A DNA stretch of 32,000 nt from Marinomonas maritima. Its GTDB lineage: Bacteria; Pseudomonadota; Gammaproteobacteria; Pseudomonadales; Marinomonadaceae. Numbering within the stretch: the stretch's first letter is position 1; every line of letters starts with the position of its first letter. Below, piece by piece: positions 14,538-23,500 of this stretch. The notes under the pieces were generated by a model. That model was given only the letters and a program-made list of their open reading frames with translations, made no database searches and was not told where the DNA came from. The position numbers and the translations under genes are program-made. The stretch covers positions 1,063,484 to 1,095,483 of the forward strand of contig NZ_JAMZEG020000002.1 of NCBI RefSeq assembly GCF_024435075.2. Reading direction: 5' to 3'.

Positions 14538-17500
14538 TTAATTACACAGTTCCCGCTGTATAAACTGAGCAACCGATAAGATACTGGGCGCCTCCAACAT
14601 GGTTGAGTGATCGGCGTCTACGTACTCAACCAGAAACTCACCACACGCCTTATTCTCCCAATAACCCTTCATTACCTTCAGGTAGTCTGCGGGTTTATCT
14701 TGGGTCGCTATAATCACCGCTGTTTTGGCCTTGGTATTAGCCAGCGTCATCGTTTTCATCGTATTGAGATGATGATTGTATATTCGGAAATACCGATCAA
14801 TTTGTTGGTCGTCGATGCCAGGATACATTCCGTTGTAGGTCACCAATTTTTCTCTAAACACATCACTACTGACGGGTTTAATTTTGTCCCGGATACTCTG
14901 ATCATCGCTTCCTTCTGTGTCCAACAACAGCGCCATCGAATCGATACCACGCGCTTGCAGTATTCTTGCCATCTCATAGCTGACATACCCTCCATAGGAA
15001 CAACCCACAATGGTATGTGATGTGGTCAAAAGGTGTTCTATAAGCGAGATATAGTGGTTGGCCATTGCCTGCACGTCTTCTAGGAACGGCTGGTCAGAAT
15101 CGACGCCTTGAGCCTGAATACCATACACGCCAAAGTGACTAGGCAGCTCTTTCGCCAAGGCAAGATAGGCAAAAGCAGTCCCACCACCGGGATGAATGCA
15201 AATGACATTATGAACGCCATCACCTCGTCGAAACTGGATAAGATCTTGGCTGGGATTCACTGTCGATTTAGTCGTCGTTGCATCGGAGCGTATCAGCCAA
15301 GCTAATGCTTCGATGCTGGGGTTTTTAAGCAACTCTGATACCGGTATTTGTACTGAAAGTTGTTTCTCTATTTCATGGACTACTTTAATCGCCGAAATCG
15401 ACGAGCCGCCAATTTCAAAGAAATTATCTCGAATGCCAATCTTCTTTTTCAACAAAATATCATGCCAAATTTGATACACTAGCATCTCAATATTATCTCG
15501 CGGGCTAGCGGTATTTACCTGTTTTGGCACTTGATTTTTCAATGCGGCTTCGTGCAATGCAGCATGATCAAGCTGGCCGCTAGCCGTCAGTGGTAACACC
15601 TCGAGCATGACATACTCATCGGGAGTCACAACACTTGATAGATCACGAGATAACATACCTTTTAATGACCCCCTTAGTTCATCGATTTCTGCCCGCGATA
15701 ATTTTCCGCCTTGCTCAGGCACTTTTCCTACGATAAACACCACTAGCTGCTTTTCCCCTTCCCGCGCTACCATTTCCACGGCAACTTGCTCTACTTTGGG
15801 ATGTGAAAGAACCCGTTTTCGGATAGCAGATAAGTCAATACTAACTCCTCCAATAGAGACTGAATCACCCATTCTACCAACCAGCACAAGATCGCCAGTT
15901 TTCATATATCTAACCAAATCGCCGGTACGATACAGTTTTTCGTCCGAGTTCTGATTAAAAGGATTCTCTATGAATGCTTCCGCAGATAAATCAGGTCGAT
16001 TAAGGTATCCCATTGCGAGCCCGTCACCTCCCAAATAAAGTTCGCCAACTTGACCGAAAGGAACCAATTTATTGTCAGGTGAAAGTACATAAGCACTGGT
16101 ATTAGTGATAGGTCTACCTATTGGGTAATATGACGCTAATTCAGTGATTTCAAAGCTGGTGCTGAATACTGTATTTTCCGTCGGCCCGTAAACGTACAAT
16201 AAGTGGTTTGGTTTTCCTTGAGTCAATAGGCTGTCTAGCTTAGCAGAATCGATTTCTTCTCCTCTAAAGAGCAGGGTATCCAGAGCAGCGAAAACATCGG
16301 GATTAAGCGCTAACAATTGGTTAACCTGCGCCGTCGGCATAAACATGACATCGATGGCGTGCTGTTCAATACTATGGGATAAAGCAGCGCTGTTTTTCAT
16401 TACACTGTCTGACAAAATGGCCAGCTTCGCACCGTTAAGCAGCGCCCCCCATATTTCAAACGTAGATGCATCAAGTGAAAGATCACTGATCTGCGCGATC
16501 ACTTGGTCTTGACTAAGCTTTACATAATGACTGTTTTTGACTAAGCCTAGGATTGCTCGATGCGCAACCATAACCCCCTTAGGTTTATACGTGGCGTCAG
16601 AGGTAAACATGACGCATGCAGGTTGCATTTTAATATCACAAGACTGATCGGCTATATTCTCGCTCGACAATGTGCAAGGCACTTGCTTTATGTCCACTAA
16701 CTGTACTGGATAGCACTCACCTATATCAGCATCATCACTCAGTAAATGTGTCATCTGACAGGTTTCCATCATATAACTCAACCGGCTTAGAGGAGATTTA
16801 GAATCCATGGGGACATAAGTGGCACCTAACTTAAGAATGGCCAGCATACTCACTATCATGCTCGAAGAACGTTCGCTAACTATGCCGACATACTGATTCG
16901 CTTTTACCCCCTGCAACACCAGATAACGCGCCAATTGATTGGCCTTGATATTGACGTCGTCATACGTTAATTCTGCCTGTTCATCAATTAAGGCCACACT
17001 GTCTGGGGTATGTTTAACATAATGTTCAAACCATTGATGAATTCCCATCCCCTCTACTTGGTCGTAGGTGCCATTCAATTCATTTATTTGAAAGTTCTGC
17101 TCTGCATTAGAGAGCAAGGGAACCTCTTGGACACAAGAATGTGGGGTAGCTACCATTCCTAACAAGATGTTCTTAATATGCTTTTGCAGCTCACTCAGTT
17201 GCCAGTCAGCTAAAAGACCAGGTTGAGATAACAGCTTAATTTCCAACACATCACTTTTAGCGGCGATAACCGTTAGCGCATAGTTAGTTTGTTCATTAGA
17301 CGCAAGCTCATTCATCTGCAATCTGTTTTTATTCGAAGCGGTTCCCTGTAACTCATCCACAGGGTAGTTTTCAAACACCACGATGGAATCAAATAGATTT
17401 CGACCTTTGACCTTAGATAATTGCTGAATATCTTGTAGTGGTAAATAACCATACTCTTCGAGGTCAATATGCCGCTTATGAATAGACCTAAGCCAATTTG

Positions 17501-20500
17501 TTACGCTGACCCCTTTTGGAACCTTCATCACAACGGGTAACGTATTAATAAACAAACCCACCATGGTTTCAATTCCCGGTAGCGCCGCAGGGCGACCGGA
17601 AACAGTGACGCCAAAAAGGACGGTTTCATCACCGCTATAGTGGGACAAGACTAACCCCCATGCCGCTTGAACTAAAACATTCAAGGTACATTGGCTATTT
17701 TTTGCCAGCGCTTCCAATGCCTGTGTTTCTTGCGAGCTGAACGTCAGAGTCGTCTTAGTCGAGAGCTCATCTCGACATTCGCTCTCAGGAAGAAAACCAC
17801 TTGGCAACGTCGTCGGTGACTCAATATTTGCCAGTGATTCAGTCCAAAATAACTGCGCCGCTTGAGTATTTTGACACGCTAGCCATTCAATATACTGGCC
17901 ATAAGGGATGACTGCCGGCAAATCACTCTGCTTACCCGTCAGAAGTGATTGGTAAAAATGGCTCAAATCACTCCAGATAATAGGAAGACACCAACCGTCC
18001 ATCAACGCATGGTGATTGGACCAAATCAGCTTAAACTGGCCGGAATCCATTTCAATGCAGGTAAATCGCATTAATGTTGGCAGCGTCGCATCAAAACCAC
18101 AACTTTTGTCTTGCGTCTGTAGCGCCTCTATATTTGCGCTTTGTTGGCTTTCGCTTTGCCCTTTCAGGTTCACATCTCGCCAGATTATTTCAGTCGTATC
18201 CGTTACTACTTGACGCCTTACCCCATCATTCGCCAGCAAGAAAGCAGTACGTAAAATATCATAGCGTGCTATCACCCTTTGCCACGCCTGTTTCAATGCA
18301 CTGGGATCAATCTGCGCTAACGAAACGGTCAATTGCGTAACGTAAGCCTCTTTCGCTAGCTCGCTGTGGTACAACAAACCTTGCTGCATACCGGTAGCTG
18401 GGTAGACGTCAGTGATTCTCACGTTGTTAGCAGACAAGGACAAACTCCAGTTATCCAAGTCCTGTTGTTTCACTTTTGCTAAAGGCACGTCGGCTGGCGT
18501 CAACCTCACTGCATCTCGTGAGGAGCAGTGTTCAATGATTTGTTGCAATGCGCGAGTGATCGCGTCGATCATGTCTGAAACCGCTGCTGGTGAAAACGCC
18601 GCCAAATCAAAATTGAAATCAAAGCTTAGTTGGCCATTTTTCACTCGACCATTAAGGGCAATGGCATAGCTTTGCATATGATCGAAGCTACCATCCTCTC
18701 CTGTCGCTTGCGATGAAAATGAAAACGCTGAATCTGCCTCCATCATTTGATCTAATTGACCAAAGTAGTTAAATAGGATTTCTGGTGAAGCCTCTCGATG
18801 ATCTAGCTGTTCAGGAGAAAACCAATTTAACACGCCATAACCCATGCCCTTGTTTGGCACGGCACGTATTTTTTCCTTTACCGCACAGATCAGATCGCCT
18901 ATTTCACCCCGCTCTGCATTCAGAACAAGTGGGTAATTGGAAGTGAACCAGCCAAGGGTTTGGCTTACTTCTAAATGACAATCAAGTCCGTCACGTCCAT
19001 GCGTTTCCAATGTCAATGAAAGGGGGGCATAGTCATCGTTGTATTGCCCTCTCGTTTCCCGCCATTCGTCTAAGCCAAGTAATAATGCCGATAGCAGAAG
19101 CTCTTGGACTTCAGTACCGTATGCCTGTTGAGTGTTTTTTAGCAGAGTCTGGGTTTGCTCTAGGGTTAACGTCAGCAATTTTTCGCCGCGCTGCCCTTTG
19201 TTATGAGCAGCACCATCTTTTGGCATTGATCGCACCGCCGCCAAATCCGAGAGCGATTTTTGCCAGTACGGCCGTTCACTTTCAACAGCCTTCATAACAG
19301 GATCACTGGTAAGCCATTGGCCCCATTGCTGATAGGATGCTGTTTTTTCCTCCAAAACAAGAGGTAGCCCTTGCTTAAATTGCCTGTAAATCAGCTGTAG
19401 ATCATCAAGTATAATCCGCCAAGACACACCATCTACAACCAAGTGATGAATTACTAGAAATAGCTTATTACCGTCCTCCGACGTTAACAACACCGCCTTT
19501 AACATGGGGCCTTGCTCAATATTGAGGCTCAGCTGAGCCCGCTGGCATTGTGCTTCTAAATCAGCCGAATCTTTGCTGTCATAACGAGTTTGCATGACAG
19601 TATTTAACTGATTTTCGGTACTAATAGGCTCAAAACTTGCCTGCCAGTGAATAGATTCTGCGTCTTTAGTAAACTGAAGTCGAAGTGCATCATGTCTTCG
19701 ATAAAGGGCTGTCACTGTTTGCTCGAGCAATGTGAACGAAAAATCAGCGGGAACATTTAACAATATTGATTGGTTAAAGAGATGAAGGTTCTTTTCTTTA
19801 CCATGGTGAAAAAACTCATGTTGAATCGGTAACAAAGGTAGCTTGCCAGTCACACTCACCTGAGGGGCTTGCTCTTGCTTTTTCATCGTAATATGTGGTG
19901 TTAACGAAAAAATAGTAGGATTATCAAACAGTTGTTTTACGGTGAAGTGAAGACCCAACTTTGCTGCGCGAGACACCGCCTGCATGGACATAATAGAATC
20001 GCCACCTAAGGCAAAGAAATTATCATGCACACTCACGGGGTCACATTTAAGCAATTTGGACCAGATCCCAGCTATCTCAATTTCGATACTTGTTGAGGGT
20101 GCCACGTGATCTGTAATTTGGCTAACGGCTCTTGGTTTGGGCAGCGCTTTTTTATCAATTTTCCCATTATTAGTCAGCGGCCATGCATCCAGTCTCGCCC
20201 ATAATACTGGTGTCATGTAATCGGGCAGTTGATGACTAAGCTCACCGATCAAACGTTGAAATAATTCTTCGTCTGGCAATGCAGGGGTATCTTGTTTGGC
20301 TATTACATAAGCAACCAACTGGCGCTTACCTGAAGCGGTCCCCTGTACCATCACCAACGCCCCTTCCACCTCTTTGCAGACATTCAATTGCTGCTCAATT
20401 TCACCTAGCTCTACGCGGAAGCCACGGATTTTAATTTGCTCATCACTACGACCAATATAAACAAGATCGCCGTCGCGTTGTCGGCGCACTAAATCACCAC

Positions 20501-23500
20501 TGTGATAGAGGCGCTCACCTGGTGTGAAGGGGCTTGGAATAAACCTTTGCGCGGTTAACTCGGGCTGGTTCAAATAACCACGTGCAATCCCCGCACCTGC
20601 GAGATAAAGATGACCGGCGACGCCAAATGGAACAAGATTCAATGCATCATCAAGCACATAGGTCTTAACCTTATCGATTCCCTGACCAATATTTCGCGGG
20701 TCATCCCCTTGTTGATACTGGTGAACCGTAGAGCACACACTATTTTCTGTGGGTCCGTATTCGTTAAACAGGCGAGTGTGAGGCACAAAGCGCTCAATCA
20801 CCTCACTTGATATGGCCTCTCCGGACAAAACAATGCGCGGTATCAAAGGGGCATTTTCTGGTAACACCAATTCAGCAAGTAACACTGGCGGTATATAGGC
20901 CACAGCGAATCGCTCCGGCTCTGCGAGATACTTCTGCAGCGTCTCTAATTGAAACCTTTTCTCTTCCGATACGATATGCAGTGGCCGACCACTGTAAAAT
21001 GAGCCCCAGATGCTGGCCACAGACGAATCGAATGAAAAATTTGTGAGATAAAGAAAGCTGGCATTTGCATAGACATCACTTGCCGATAAATCGAGATATT
21101 GGTATTGGCACTTGATATAGTTGACCACCCCAACTTGTTCAACCAACACGCCCTTAGGCCTCCCGGTCGATCCCGATGTATAAATAATATAAGCCAAATC
21201 CGACACACTTGGTTTTGACAACAGCGTCGGTTTTTCCTCTGAATAATCCTGCAAAGAACAGGCATCTACATCCAACACTAAACAGCCATTAAAGGCAGGG
21301 GGTTCGGCACTAAACAGATGTAACTGGGCCAATAATACCGGCGCTTTACTGTCCTCAAGTATATAAGTCAATCGGGACAATGGCGCCTTTGTGTCGATTG
21401 GAAGATAGGCACCACCCGCTTTTAAGATAGCCAGCATGGCAATGATCATTTGCGGCGAGCGCTCAATGAACACAGCAACAGGCACGTTAGCGCCTACCCC
21501 TAAGATGACCAAGTGATGACTGAGCTGATTGGCTTTTTTATCCAACTCTGCATAGGTCAGTCTCTCACCTTCATAGTCTAACGCCACATGATTAGGCTGA
21601 CGCTCCAATTGTCGATCAAACAAATCCACTAGTAAGGTTTGGTCGACATCCAGAATATCTCCTTTATTGGCGAACAAGACACTTGGCTGCTCTTTTTCTG
21701 GTATAAGCGCCAACGCCATGACATCAGCATTAGACTGGCTCAGCATTTGTTGTAATAAATAGTCAAAATGACGCGCCAATGCTTCGATTGTTTCTCGCAT
21801 AAACAAATCTAACGCAAAATTCCAGCTCAGTCGTAATTGTCCGTTAACCACCCGCACACCAAGTGTAAGATCAAATCGAGCCTCTACGCTCGATGGCATT
21901 TGCGCAGTAAGGCGAGCATCTCCTAAGCACAAAGAGTCACCAGAAGAGGATTGCTCCAAGACCATCATGATTTGAAAAATGGGATGGTGGTTGAACCGCC
22001 GAGGAATATTATTATCCTGTATTACTTTCTCAAATGGTAACGATTGGTGAGCAAAGTCATTTAACAAATCGGCATGGTTTTGCGACACCAATTGAGCGAA
22101 ATCAATCTCCTTTGGTAAGCGAGTCCGCAGTGCTATATTGTTCACAAAAAAACCAATAAGCCCATCAAGATCTGGCCGTTCACGGTTAGCCACTGGCGTG
22201 CCTATGACGATGTCTTTGCTACCAGAGTAGCGAGCCAGCAAGACAGTAAAGGCACTGTACAAAACAGTAAAGGGGGTTGTACCTTGCGTTTTGGCATACG
22301 CCAATACTTGATTGGATAAGTGAGGGCTTAGATCAGAATAATGCGTCTCTCCACGGTAGCTAGCGTTTGCTGGGCGAGAAAAATCAGTGGGTAAACTATG
22401 AGTCTCTGGAACATCCACCAACCTTGCCCGCCAATACTCTAAAGAGGCAAGGTGTGCCGGTGATTCTTTGCTAAATCGTTCACGCTGCCACACCGCATAA
22501 TCCGCGTATTGAAAAGCTAAAGGTTGAAGAGCTAAAGGCACTTTTTCGATAACCTTGTGACCTACTAATGCCGAGTAGCATGATTGCAACTCCTCAAACA
22601 AAATGTCCACTGACCATCCATCGATGGCAATATGATGAATGGTAAGCAACAGCACATGCTGGTTTTCACTTAGCGTTACCAGTCCGGCGCGAAAAACCGG
22701 ACCATTAGCCAAGTCAAAGGGCTGGTCAAAAAGCATTTTCTCAAAATCAGCCAGTGCAGATTTGGGGTCGGATAACGACTGTGCATCAAGATGCTGCAAA
22801 ATCCCCGTGACAGGCGGCATCACATGTTGCACTGGCTCCTGCTCTGTCATCTTATACACTGTACGTAATACATCATGACGATTGACAATAAAATCAAGAC
22901 TTTGTGATAAGGCACTCACCTCGATCTGGCCGCTTATATGGTACATAAGGGGGATGCCATAATATCGCCCATGGGTCTCGATATTATCCAATGTCCACAA
23001 TCTCTGCTGCGAGTAAGACAAGGCTACACCATTCGTCGTATCCACTTTTTTTATCGCGAAGGTCTGTGTCGTTTTTTTATCGGCACTCAGCTCATCGCAT
23101 AAACGGGCTAATCGGCGGATCGAAGGCGCCTCAAATAAGACTTTTAGCGTTAGCGTGATTGCCAACGCCCTCCCCAATCGACTGATCATCTTGATGGCTA
23201 ACAGAGAATGACCACCCAGAGTAAAGAAGTTTTGATCTATATCTGGATCATCAATAGAGAGCAGTTCAGACCATGTAGCAGCGATTACTTTTTCTGTTGC
23301 TGTTGTCGCCGAGCAATGCTCCTCGCTAATGTGTGAATACGTTGGTATCGGTAACGCGCTGCGATCAACCTTGCGATTATAGGTAAGGGGGAATTCAGCC
23401 ATAACCACAAAAAATGTGGGTGTCATATAATAGGGTAGCGCTTCTGACAAAAGAGCTCTAAGCGCCTCCACCAGCGGTTGTTCACTGTGCTGGCTTTTGA

